A program made the position numbers and the translations under genes. Of a stretch of 64,000 bases of DNA, positions 13,537 to 25,469 are shown in pieces. The notes beneath the pieces are model-generated. The model did not search any database and was not told the origin of the DNA. It saw only the letters and a list, made by a program, of their open reading frames with translations. The DNA comes from Fimicolochytrium jonesii. Its lineage: Eukaryota. How positions within the stretch are numbered: the stretch's first letter is position 1; each line of letters begins with the position of its first letter. The stretch lies in contig NW_026515686.1 in the NCBI RefSeq assembly GCF_025526975.1, forward strand, positions 124,001-188,000, given 5' to 3'.

Positions 13537-14719
13537 AAATGCTCCTTCAACATCAACGCCAACAACTTTCAACTTTTCCCATCCTTTGCTGATGAGAGAC
13601 CTCCGGCAAAGCTGCGCTCACAGATCTAACGAGGTGACACATCGATGGCCGTTCCGCCCGTCGTTGAACGTTCTCCTCCATCTCCTTCCCTCTCCTTCCC
13701 CTCAACTTTTCCATCCTTCGGCTCTCAGCCATATCCTGCCAATTATCGATTGCCATCGCATCCATGTTGTGGGGAATCTGGGCAGCTCAATCCCCCGGTT
13801 TTAGACAGCGTCCACCAAGATTCATATAACTTGTGCTATGTGCGGGCGACGCCGCTTTCCTTGGTGGGTCGACGCGTTTTTGTGCGATGCCAACTTTGCC
13901 AGCACCCTCTCTCAAGCTCAAATCCATGTCTCAACTACATAGCGGACATCGCACTTCCTGTCGCCGCGAACGATGGGCGGCTGATTGGCACTCACCGATG
14001 AAATATGGAGTCGGCCGTATGAAGGGATACTGGAATCAGATGCTGATGAATGGATGTGATGTGGTTGGAAAAATCTATGTAGGGCTTCTCAGATGTGCTG
14101 CAAGAAACCTCCGAGCGATGCAGGGACCCTCGGGCATTTTATATCTTTCACAACCCGTAGTTGACGACATCAATCCGATCCATTCCATCGCGGTATGGGA
14201 AGCGCCTCCGAAATAACACCCCCAAATAGACATGGCAGATGCAGGGTGAGATGGCGACGACATGAGTTGGGCGGGAAAGTGCCAGCTGGGAGGAAAGGTC
14301 AGGGGGACCAGCAAGGGTTGCGCCTCCACCGCAGACACTTATATAGAGGAAAGAAGTCGCCGATATGTCCCACTTTGATTAGGGTCATGGTTAATAAGGA
14401 TGCAGTGAGTTGGGGGGGGGGGGGGGGAACAAGGGAATCGAAGGTGCAAGTTGCGGGGGGGGATGAAGCGTCATTGCGGCCGACAATGATGTCATGGGGA
14501 AGGGGTGCGCGCTTGTTGTAAGATGTGGCTTGCGACTGCGCGCAACGAACGAGCCCGCTTACGTACTGCAGCAACTGCACTGAAGTGAGGCGGCGGGGTT
14601 AGGGTTAGGACCCGAGCGGTCATGTACGGACGGCCAAAGAACTCCAAACGCAATGCCAACTGCAGGTTTCCTCTGGAGTTCCTGTCGAGATCAGGACAAC
14701 GACACCCATACACTCAACA

Positions 14720-17293
14720 ATGTTCCGGAAACCTTTCGCAACAAAGACAGAGTCCCAGTTGCGCTCCTCAGATAGGAGGAAACTGCGCGCAGAACTACTG
14801 GCTGCTTATCCCGCATCCACAGAGGAGCGCATCGCAGAGCTGTTTGGAGACGGAGGAGGGGCCGACGTCACGTCTGTGAAGTTTACTGCTCATTCAGGTG
14901 AATAGCATGGGCGGAAAGTCCTGGGGGATGTGGGTTACTTAGGTACCCGAATACTCACAGGGAGGCCCATTTGCCCATCGTCAATTGTACTTTAGGAGAA
15001 CAGGGAATTCTGATATCGATAAAAGGGCAGCCGATATTATGGAAAGACTTAGACGGGAACCTTTTCCCAACAGGTATGAAGGCTTACGGGCATTGGCTGC
15101 GATGCGATCTGCTCCACCAAGCTTCGACGCGTATGAGTGACGCATTGCAACTTGCGCACAGTATACGCGCTATGGACGGTCCCAAACATGTTACCATCGA
15201 TAATGACCCACGGCCCGGTCCTACACAAGTTGTTTGATGGTGCAGGTGCGCTTCAGATGGCTCTGCGCAACCGCGCCCCCTGATCGCATGGTGAAGCTGA
15301 TGATTCACCACTCGCAGATCTGATGCTACCTGGAGTGATAATACCAGCCGAAGGCTTCGGGGATCTGCAATACGGCGATATCGTCTCGATTACAGTCCGA
15401 GGGAGTCTGTGAGTGGATATCGAAATGAACTTTTGAATACTTTGGGCTTGAGACTTATGTGGTCTCCTGTAGGATGCCGATGGCCGTAGGAACCATGGCG
15501 ATATCCAGCGACGAGATAAAAAAGAGCAACTATGCCATGCGAGGGAAGGGCGTGCATATTTTGCACACTTTTGGAGATACATTATGGGCGAGCGGGGATA
15601 AGTCGACCCCGCCAGATCCGGTAGATGGTGGGTGGACGTTGTCTCAGCTTTCGGAAGGCTCGGGAGGGGGTCTGAGATCTTGATTCAATCTTAGAGGCGG
15701 ATACGAGCGGAAGTTGGAGCGAGATATCATATCCTCATTCGGGAATGAGCACACCAGTGAACGTGGACGTTGTGACAGACAGCGTGCGGAGCCTATCCAT
15801 GAGCGTCCCAGACGACGAGGCTACCCAACCAAACCACACCGAAGCCGCCGATGAAGACGACACCTCCTCGATACCACAGCTCACACCAGCAGGTGAGTTG
15901 CTCTCACCACCCTCACGCAAAACCATTTCTTGTAAACTCACCCCACCCCACACACAGAGATGGACACCCTCCTCTCAACGGCCCTCCTAACCGCCCTCAA
16001 AACACTCCCCACCGACTCCAAAACCCTCCCCATGCCCTCCAGCATCCTGTACGCGAACCACATTATGCCCTCCCGCCCACGCGGCACGCACCTGGACATC
16101 AAACAGTCGAGCTATAAGAAAGTGGGCAAATTTCTGAAGGCGATGGAGAAAAGGGGGTTGATCAAGTTGAAGGAACGGGGCGGAGAGACCTTGCTTGTGG
16201 GTGTTAATGGGGTGCATCCTTTGTACGTACCATTTTCGGGTTGGGTCGAAAATCTGCTCGTTGGGACTGACTGTCGTGGTGTAGGTTAAAGGAGTTCGAA
16301 GCACCACGTAAAATTGCACGAGACGAGAAGAAAAAGGACTCCCAAACAACATCCACCGGAACCGGACCCGCCCCCGGGTCTTCCAACGGAACAAACCCCG
16401 CCCCACCATCCATCAATCAAATCATCTCAATAACAGAGTTCTTCAAACCCTCCCAAAAGGAGCTGAGGTTCTTTGAGGAAGTGGGTGGGAGGTAGGTGAT
16501 AGGGTGGATGACGACGGATTTCTCGATAGCGAGGAAATGTACGGTGCTGACCAGGAACGTGTATAGCAAGAATGATGTGTACTCGGCAGCGGATATTCGG
16601 ACGGCTGTGACGGAGTATATTTCGGCTAAGGGTTTAGTGGATGATGTTAATCCAAGGTATGTTGCGGCTATCACCCCTTCACAATCTATAGCTTTGCCGC
16701 CCGGACTGACAATTTCTCTCACATATAGAATGGTAAAAATCGACCCAACCCTTTGCGACACAATCCTCCAAAAACACGAATACACCACAATCGACTACCT
16801 CCCCCGCGATGAAATCGTCTCCCGCTTAAGAAACCAAATGCCCCAATTCCACCAACTCAACCTCCCCGCCTCCCCGCAAGGGTCCGTCACAGAACTGCGC
16901 AAAGGCCCCCTCAAACCCCTCCAAATAACAACCGAACAGCGCCAGGGGAGAAAGATGGTGACGAAGGTCGTGGGTTTGGAACGGTTTGGGGTCGACCCGG
17001 AAACGTTTGCCGGGGTTTTGAGGGGCGTTTGTGCCTCTAGTACCTCACGTGCGTAACAATCCCCCCCCCCCCCCTCCCTCGTTCCCACTACGATTATGTG
17101 ACTAACGCGTTATATGACTTTTCCAGTATCGCCCCTCCCCGGCAAAGCAAACGCCCACCCGACGTACGAAGTGATGGTGCAGGGGAACAAAGTGAAGGAG
17201 GTGTGCGGGGTTTTGGAGCGGGAGTACGGGGTCCCGTTTAGCGGGGGCCGGTCGAGGTTTGTTGAGGTTTTTGAGAAGGGGGGGAAGAAGTGA
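14720..17293 (+). CDS. EIF2D: eIF2D/ligatin (Tma64) translation re-initiation factor; PUA + SWIB + SUI1 domains
   Basis: MFRKPFATKTESQLRSSDRRKLR; GADLMLPGV; LDIKQSSYKKVGKFLK; EQRQGRKMVTKVVGLE; EVMVQG; multi-exon. Confidence 0.93.
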
Positions 17294-18021
17294 GGAGCGA
17301 AGGAGGAGTGCGCGTAGTGATAAGGTTTAGGAAGTAGGCGCGGCGTGTGGATCTGGGTAGGGATTTTGAGACGTAGTTTTTTTTTGTGTATAATGGCATA
17401 GTTTCTCGAGGAGCGTCTGATATTTGATGGCGACGGCTGCTTCGTGGGGAGTCACAGGAGAGGAATGTTGGTTGCAACTTGCCCGACGGAATTTGCTGCC
17501 CTTCGCTGACTTGTCGATTGCCGAATCCGCGTCTCCCCGTTCAACAAATTCGACACCGCGCGGCCCTGTCAAAAACCCCGTCAAAGGATTCAAAGACAGC
17601 CGAAATTGATATTATCCCACCCACTTCAAAGACAGATCAACGTCCCCCATCCCACCCCACCTTGCCCGGGCTGACACTTCCTTAACCTCACCCAAGAAGT
17701 GCGCTATTATGGATGGACGATGGAAACTCCTTGGCTTCCCGCATACGGGATGCCATACGCGGGTGCCGAGGGGCGTCTAAAGTCCCCACTCCTTCTCGGA
17801 AGCGGTACGCAGAACTACGAATCTACGCTCTACCGAACCGAGCTGGGAAACCAAACCAGGCGCTCGCTGCTTCACAACATACTTGAAATCGGAGGTAATT
17901 TGGGGCTACGATGTTGGCAGGAGGGGGGTCGAAGAAGGAAGGGCTGACGGCGTTTTCGTTCCCTACCCTCTCCAGTCCTGTACACCGGAGCGCAGCTCAA
18001 ACCCATCCCCCCACAAAGAAA

Positions 18022-18471
18022 ATGCTCGAAAAACTAGCAAAAGGACCCACCCCCCACAGCAAACTCCCCCCGCCGGTCTCCCAATCCACCGACACGCTCA
18101 TCGATGTCCCCGCGGGTGGTGACGCCGGCGCGGCCGCGGGTGTCGTCGCGACCAACAACAAGACCCCGGCTGCGGTCTCCGAGGTCGACGGTATCGCCAA
18201 ACCCGCCACATCGGATAAGACAGCGAAACCAGACGAACGGAAGGGTGACGCAAAAAAGGCGAAGAGATTGAGCGCGGCGGAGCAGGACGCGGAGGCTTAT
18301 AAGGGGATCATGCGGCAGGCTTCGTTGGGTGGCGCGAATAGCGGGAAGGATAGATCGAAGGAGGAGAAAGGGAAGAAGGCGGGGAAGGGGAGGGATATCA
18401 AGGAGGTTGCGGAGGCGCAGGCGCAGAGTGATGCGATGGAGGCTGAGTTGAGGAAGTTGGGCGCTTTGTAG
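18022..18471 (+). CDS. Hypothetical small charged/low-complexity protein (~149 aa; the 5' end may include an upstream exon near 17720-17894)
   Basis: Open frame with coding-like bias ending AQSDAMEAELRKLGAL*; no family recognised. Confidence 0.5.
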   Translation: MLEKLAKGPTPHSKLPPPVSQSTDTLIDVPAGGDAGAAAGVVATNNKTPAAVSEVDGIAKPATSDKTAKPDERKGDAKKAKRLSAAEQDAEAYKGIMRQASLGGANSGKDRSKEEKGKKAGKGRDIKEVAEAQAQSDAMEAELRKLGAL

Positions 18472-18615
18472 TGTGTGTTGTGGGTTTGGAACGGTGGTCG
18501 GGTGGAGTCTATGGCCGGGGGATTCTATTTCGAGTGTTGTCTACTATATACAATCAGTCCTTTGGGTATCGTCCATCTACACGGACTCAGAGCAGTCTAT
18601 GTCTTTTCGTGAGAT

Positions 18616-20069
18616 TCACAGCATTTGGTAAACAGAAAGTCCCTCCAGCAGCTCAATCAACTCGTCATCCGAGTCATCGTCCAACACGTCGGTTGCAACA
18701 AGGTTCTGGGGTCTCTCAGCCTCGTCCACCCGCCGACTACGAAGCCCATGCGCACCCGCCGCACTCGCAACCATCTCATCCTGCGAACCCCCTCCCTCCT
18801 CATCACCCCCGACCCCGTTCTCATCCATCTGATCCAAATCCATATCAAAATCAAAATCACTGTCTTGGAACGTCAGACCTTCGAATAACGCAGCTATATC
18901 CGCCTCTTCATTCGGATCTGAAACGGTGGTGCGGGAGGGATGGGTGGTCGGTTGTGATGGAGACCGCCATGTACCCGTGAACTCGTCGAAGGAGAGGTCT
19001 CCGAGGAGGGTTGTGAGGGTTTGCTGGGTATTGGATTGTGTAGGCGGAATGTTGGAACTGGGGCACATGGGTTCGATGAGGGAGAGTTGGGATGATGGGA
19101 TATCCGGGTCTTCGTGGTGGGGGGGTGGGGAGTCGGTTTCGGGGTCAGAGGGGGGTGGAGGGAAAGTAAGTGGTGGGTTGGAGGGAAGAGCCCAGCCGCA
19201 TAACGTTTCAAGGGTGATGTCCTCGAACTCGAACGGGGGGATGGTCGTGACGTATCCCGCTGATACGTCCTCAAGGTGGGCATCAAAGTCGTCCGCAAAG
19301 TACATGTCCGAAACAGGGAGGCTTTGAGTGAAGCCCTCATTCACCTCCCTGCTCGGTTCGCCGTGAAGAAGGCCCTCCTGCACCTCCTCATACTTGACCT
19401 CCCCCGCCAACATCCCGACAACCGTCCCACAAACACCCAATACGCTCCCGATCTCCCCCACCACCAGCTCCCCCGGCACCAGCCCAACTTCCCTTGCCTC
19501 TCTCCCCTCCTTCGACGAAAGCCCCGCAACCAACTCCCCAACCGTCCGCGCATCATCCAGGGCGCGCAGGGCGGTATCCTTCGATGTGGGTTTTGAGACG
19601 AGGTCTGTGATGTACCGGGGCGAGACGGATACGCTCAAGCGGGATCCGAGAATGATATGCGAGAGGATGGCGTGGACGGCTGCGTGTGCGCTGGGTGGAT
19701 GGAGGTGGTGGAACGAGGAGGCGGGGAGGCCCAAGAGGGATTCGAGGGTGTCGCCGAAGATGGTTACTGTAGACGAACCGTTTTTTTAAACTCAGCTTCA
19801 TCTTGCTTGGACCGATGTGAAGCATAGCTCTTACCTTTCTTGACTACATCACCCCACCCCGCCAGCATCTGCAGCCTATACCGTCGGGGCACCGCATCCA
19901 GCGCATCCCCAGCACTGTTTGGAAAACTGTTCCGACAGCGCGGACAGACAAGGACGCTGTCATCGCTTTGGGGCGCGTCTTGCAGTTTGACGAGGCATTC
20001 TGGACACGAGGGGAAGTGGAATGCTGACGAAGGGAGGATGCGGAGGGGTGTGAGGGGAATGAAGGGCAT
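18616..20069 (-). CDS. DDIAS/noxin-like protein: RPA1C-type OB fold with a CxxC..CxxC Zn motif and an acidic disordered tail
   Basis: SSAFHFPSCPECLVKL...CPRC...RRYRLQM..|VTIFGDTLESLLGLPASSF resembles the DDIAS N-terminus as recalled (SSFIYPSCQKC..CPKC..YRYKL..ITVFG..L..FFGLTA). Intron 19767-19834. Start ATG is uncertain. Confidence 0.7.
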
Positions 20070-20235
20070 GCAGAGCGCTGGAGGGCTCGATGGAGTGGAC
20101 GGGCAAGATGTCCCAGATGAGATGTCCGAAGGGGAACGCGCGAGGGGCCGGCCATTGGCGGACATGTTCTCTCGCCTGAGCATGGTCGTGACCTGAGAGC
20201 ACCATTGACAAGCCGTAGAGAACCCCCGCAGAGCG

Positions 20236-21890
20236 ATGCTGTCCGCAGCCGCACCCACCACAGACCCAGCCAACGTCCTTGTCGAGCTCATAACCCACGA
20301 CTTACCCACCGTTCCCGAGGTATGAGCCCCATATATTCGCATTCTACATAACGAACCAACTGCTAACTTGCTCAATATGTAGTCGGAAGACTTTACAGAA
20401 ACGAAACGCCGATACGTCGAACAGCAAATCCTGTACAACGCAGCTACAGATATTCTTCTTGAGGCTGATTCCGACGATGAGGACGCGTCTCTTGGGGCTG
20501 GGGATAAGGCTACGGTAAGCAAGCTGTGGGGGGAGATAACGGGGAGTATTAGACAAGGGAGAGCCACGAGCATGGGCGATGGCTCCTGCATCTCATGCCA
20601 AGCCACATAGCGAATGATTGACCGTCCCCCTTTCATCCCTTTTCTTACGGCGAAACCAGTTCTGGGAACCTCTCAGTCGGCTCTTGATATCAGCGGAAAC
20701 ACGACATCAGCTCAGTCCGGGGGGTCATACAGGCGATGAACGGTCGAAAAATGGAGATAAAGAGGAGGCACCTACCCTGCTAGGGATGGATAAGGAGCAG
20801 TGGGATGCGTTGGAGCATAGACGGGCGGTGCAGCAGGTTCGTTGAGTCGCACATGGTGTCGGGGGATGTGGATGTGAGGAGGGCGGAATGACTTGATTTG
20901 CGATATTGCTCCTAAGATGGTATGGTCTGGCTCCCTGCTTAGGTGCCTGACGAGCTCAGACAAATGCTTTTGAGTAAGGTAGAGCAACGACTCTCGACAA
21001 CCTGTCAAACACTATCCAGAAGTCTGTACGGGAAGCAGTCTGCTGGTGAGGCCTACCTTCCCCAGCACTCGAGTACCCGCGGATGTCATATATCACGTCT
21101 GACACTCCCGCCAGACCCGAAACTAGACGCCGCAAAAGCCCGCCAACTCTGCGCACGCGTCATAGCCCAAAAACGCCGCATCGCTGAGAAAAAGAAAGAG
21201 GCGCTGACCCTTCGTGTCCGGATTGCGCTGGAATGCGACCTGTATCTAAATGTACGTCCGCTATCTCCCTTACATCTCCTCTGCAGCGCTTTACTCAATC
21301 ATGTGAATACCCCCGCCGGCCATGTAGACATGGGCGAAAACGATCGACACACTGTGGCGCCTCGTAGCGGACTACAAGTGTCGCGTGGAGCCAGAGAAAC
21401 AGGCGACCTTTATGGAGTATTTTGCGGCTATTGTCAAGAATGCGTCGTTGAAGATGAGGTAATTGCGAAAAATGCTGTCCCCCCAAGCTTTACCTCCCTC
21501 TTACCTTATTCTGACGGGTGCTTCTCGGTTCCCGTATACAGATGCCTGAAAGCCGAAATCATACTCGCGATCTCCACCGGCCCACAAGGAGACGACCTCA
21601 AAGCCACCAGGTATATCCCTCCAAACCCCTTCGCCCTCCCACTCTCCCCCTAACCACGCCCCCCCTCTCAAACCCACAGAGCAACCCTACTCCAAACCCG
21701 CACAACCCTAACAACTCGCCTCCACCACCTCGACGCGCAACTCGCGACCTACGCCGGTGTCGGAACCGGGGATGAGTTTAGTCGCATTGTCAGCGCGTAT
21801 GCGGATGTGATGAGGGCTATCGGGACTGTTGAGGGGGATATTGGACGGTTGGGTGGGGGTGGGGGTGTCGGTGGGAGTCGGGGGAGGTAG
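20236..21890 (+). CDS. HAUS4: Augmin/HAUS complex subunit 4-like
   Basis: Spliced: FWEPLSRLLISAE..PTLLGMDK..LLSKVEQRLSTTCQTL..AAKARQL..YFAAIVKNASLKMRCLKAEI..LATYAGVGTGDEFSRIVSAY, colinear with HAUS4 motifs as recalled; about 8 exons. Confidence 0.75.
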
Positions 21891-23632
21891 GGAGGGGCGT
21901 GGTAGATGCGTCAAGCGGAATTGCGACCGTTGCATTGATGGACGGGGCGTACTGTATGTGTGCCGCGATGGGCAGGATTTCGGGCGTATGCAACCCCCCC
22001 CCCCCTCTTCGCTCAATCCCCATCAATCACGAAACGCTTCAACGCTACGTGTACGGCTACATCCACGAAGGGAGCGCGCGATACGAGCCCGATTGGACCC
22101 GTCGACCCAACGGCCCACGCCGATGGATGCCATCGTACCGCTGCCGAACACTGCGTAAACACTCGCCTGCCCGGTTTCCCAATCCGACGGTTTCTCCGAC
22201 CCGTCTCTCGAATCGGACCGTGCGGCCGCCTCTATGGCGCGTTCGGCTCCTCACCCACCACCGCCTTCCAACGGAGAGGGGGCCTACCGACCAGCCCGGC
22301 GAACTGGCCGGAGGGAGATCCCATACCCCGTCCCGTGAAATCCGCACCCACCAGGCACCAATGCATCCATGTTGACGAGACGCCCCCAAAGGCCGATCGT
22401 AGATGTATGTATGTAGCATGTTTCCATGTTCATGTATAAATGAACGTCGTTTTGTGAAGTCGTGAAAGAATGTGTATGGTCGATGAACCCCAGCTTGCGG
22501 TGTGACTTTACTCTATCTTCCCTGTGGGTGGTTTCATCCGTCGGGCGGTGTCTTGGCTCTCCGGGCGGATCATCCGTACACCCCGCGAACCTATCCCAAA
22601 CCCCTTCCACAACACCCGCCACAACAATCATACGAATTTTTTTACGTTCTGACCTTTGATTACCGCCAAACTCATCTTTGAAAAGGGGAACAAAAACCCA
22701 CCGAAACAACAAAAAAAGAGGGGGGGGGGGAAACTGGGACTAAAACTGGGGACTTCAAAAACGATGTTAACAATACTGGGGGGGACGAGCAGCAAACGAT
22801 CAGAGCAGGGCGGGGCAGGGCAGGACAAGCAAGATGAGGTACGCGGTGATGAGATGAGAGGGGGGGAGTCATCTCATGATAGGGTGAGGCTAGAGTTTAT
22901 AGGGGCTAGGATGGGCTAGGTTATGGTAGTTTCGTGTGCCGGTGGTGGTGGGACGACTTCTGCGCGTGCGGGCTGCGATGAGATGTGGTAGCATGAGGAG
23001 ATCGATGATGTTGCGAGATCGTGTGGATGTGGTGCTGATAGGATGACGAGCAGACGGCGAGGGTGGTATTCCCTGACAGCAGATAGCAGATCGTAACGAA
23101 ACGCGGCGAACGAGCGAAGCAGGCATGGGTATATGATGGGGTGTGTCGGGACCCATGAGCGACAAGGCAGCGAGCGGTACGGTGCGGCAGGAGCATGGAG
23201 TTGTATGTACACGGGAACGCCCAAAGCAAGACGGTCGACGCGTGGTCTGGGCTTCCGGGCGTTGACGACGATAGGCTAACATAGGACGTCTGATCGACGC
23301 CATACTGCCCGTCTGATGCTTGCAGTTCGAATGCTTCTCCGTGTATCGCAGGCGAGTGTTCATGAGTGCCGACTGGATGTTTCGGACGACCGTGTCTAAT
23401 GGGTGGGTGACGGGTAGTCCACCGATAATTGCACGCCGAGTGGGGTATCTGATGGGACTAACTTCCGACGTCTCGTGGTGCTCGCATTATGCTCTACGCG
23501 CTCGCTCGCCTTTGCTCTTGCCAATAAGTTTCGGGGGGTGTTTCGCCGCTAAAAGTCCTCGGTGGGTTCGTGTCGCTTGCCAGGCGTCGTTGAGGGTATA
23601 CGGTGCGACATCTGGCCACGACTGACCGGCTG

Positions 23633-25469
23633 TCACTGGGGCGTATCATCCCGGGTCGCCTTCGGCTCCGCGTATCCAGAATCGAAGCTGTAATCACTAC
23701 TCGCCGTGCTACTGCTAAGTGACCACCTCCATTCTCGCCGACGGGATGATCTCGGACGTTCCGTATGACTGCCCCGTTCGTCCGTACCGTGCGGTTCGTC
23801 AATGTCGCCTTGATTGCCGGCGCTCCCATCCTCGTCATCGCTGTCAGGGAATTCATGCACGTTGGGGCACAGCTGCCCGTCATGCAGATCGAACTGCCGT
23901 TCGACAAACACGTGGTCTATCTGATCGTTGCTTGAATATACCCGCTCCGAAGCGCTCCGCCGGGGTCTGGGTGTATTAGGCTCGGTCTCTCCGATAAAGT
24001 CTTGATCGAGATCGAATGCGCGTTCGGATGCACGTCGACGAGGTATAGGCGTGTTTGGGTCGGATTCCGCGATAAAGTCTTGATCGAGATCGAACGCGCG
24101 TTCGGATGCACGGCGACGAGGTCTATGCGTGTTCGGGTCGGACTCCACACAGTCCTCTTCGACATGAACATTCATCGGCGTTGCGGATGGTGATGTGTCT
24201 TCTGCCAAATCTGGGATTGCTGAAGGTCGCGGGGACGATCCAGGCGTCGGGTAAGGTTCTAACTCTTCCCCATCGTGGTAGCTATCCATAAAGCTGCGTG
24301 TGGGTGATGGGCTCGGGTCTGAAGATTGTGACCGACGGTGCGGATGCGTGAATCGCTGGTTCGGGTACCTATACGCGCGCGTGACAGACGGCGACGCGGA
24401 TGCGGGCGGCGAAGGGAGGCCATCCGGGTCGTCCTGGCAGGGCACTCCACCGCTTGTCGATGCTTTCCACCCTGGCTTAGAGAAAGGCGCATAAAACTCA
24501 TTGTGGAGGTGCGGTCTAGGTTCCTCTGCACACTCCTCCTCCTGACTCGCAGCACCAAACCCGAATGGCCTCCAGGCCAAGATGGACTGTACCCTTTTCG
24601 GTACTAAGGGGGCTACGGTAGGCACCCTACGAATGGAAAGAAACCAAGCGGTTAGAAGAGACTCTCAAAGCGCAAGCCAGAAATCAGATACAACAGCAAG
24701 TCAGAACGTACCAGGGCGCGCCGTAGTCGGTCCAGATCGACTGGGCGGTATGGTACGCCGATCGGCCAGCCTTGAACGCTAAGACGCCTGCTCCAAATGC
24801 GACATGTGCCGTCTTTGATGCCCCTCTCATGGCGGCATGTAAGACGAGGGGAAATCGTTTCGCAATCGCGCACAGCACGGCAATGACATACGACGCCACA
24901 AAGAGATAAAGGGTCAACACAACAAATCCGGATATGAGTGTGACGGCAAAGACCGTGTGGGCTGTTGTCACCACCCGCCGCACGGTCACTCGCCATGCCG
25001 TTGTCACCCGATCCCGCACGGCTCCTGCACTATAACTCAAATAGTCCTTTGCCGTAGATGGCAAGCCCCGCAGTGAGAATGTATATACTGGTGCCCGCGG
25101 CGTAGCGGTTTCGCCAACCTGCTCTTGCGATGTATGGAAGCCGAAAGTGAAACCGTTATTCCGACCGTCCGTCCCCGCATGCACTCCCTGGCGTCGATAT
25201 TTGTCATGAAACCGTTGCGATGGTCGGTGGGCGAAGTCGTCCCGAGGCCGGCTGGCTTCATCATAGTTGAAATGATAGGGGCAGCGTTCCCTTGCAAGCG
25301 GGGAAGGGATGGGTATGGGGGATGATGGGGCAGGAGAATTGCTAGGGGATGCCGTTTTCGCCGAGAAACTGAAGTCTGGAGTCGAAACCGCCGCATCCTT
25401 CTCCTCGGAAGCGTTGACAACAACGGAAGCGTATGTGCGGGTGGCCCCGGAACTTGAGTAGCCGACCAT
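23633..25469 (-). CDS. Hypothetical protein (~560 aa) with a hydrophobic membrane segment and an internal 26-aa repeat
   Basis: Two long ORFs joined in frame by a GT-AG intron at 24627-24711; TM-like VFAVTLISGFVVLTLYLFVASYVIAVLCAIA. Confidence 0.65.
23945..24147. repeat. 78-bp tandem repeat (2 near-identical units + 1 degenerate partial) within the CDS
   Basis: CGATAAAGTCTTGATCGAGATCGAA..GCGCGTTCGGATGCACG starts at both 23992 and 24070. Confidence 0.9.

Noticed and set aside
13589..13640. CTGATGAG, a possible hammerhead ribozyme core
   Set aside because: No stem II/GAAA partner or flanking helices; the same applies to the other CTGATGA hits.
13000..14700. Short ORFs between GSY and eIF2D
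   Set aside because: No recognisable domains or convincing exon chain; probably promoter/UTR sequence.
19764..20636. 290-aa ORF as the N-terminus of the DDIAS-like gene
   Set aside because: Its upstream part is antisense to HAUS4 exons 1-2; the ATG at 20069 fits the domain start better.
21899..23625. Overlapping ORFs and homopolymer tracts downstream of HAUS4
   Set aside because: No family motifs or coding bias; the short AAACTGGG(G)ACT duplication near 22731-22754 is too small to interpret.
23992..24147. Direct repeats considered as a CRISPR-like array
   Set aside because: Contiguous in-frame coding tandem repeat with no unique spacers, in a eukaryotic context.
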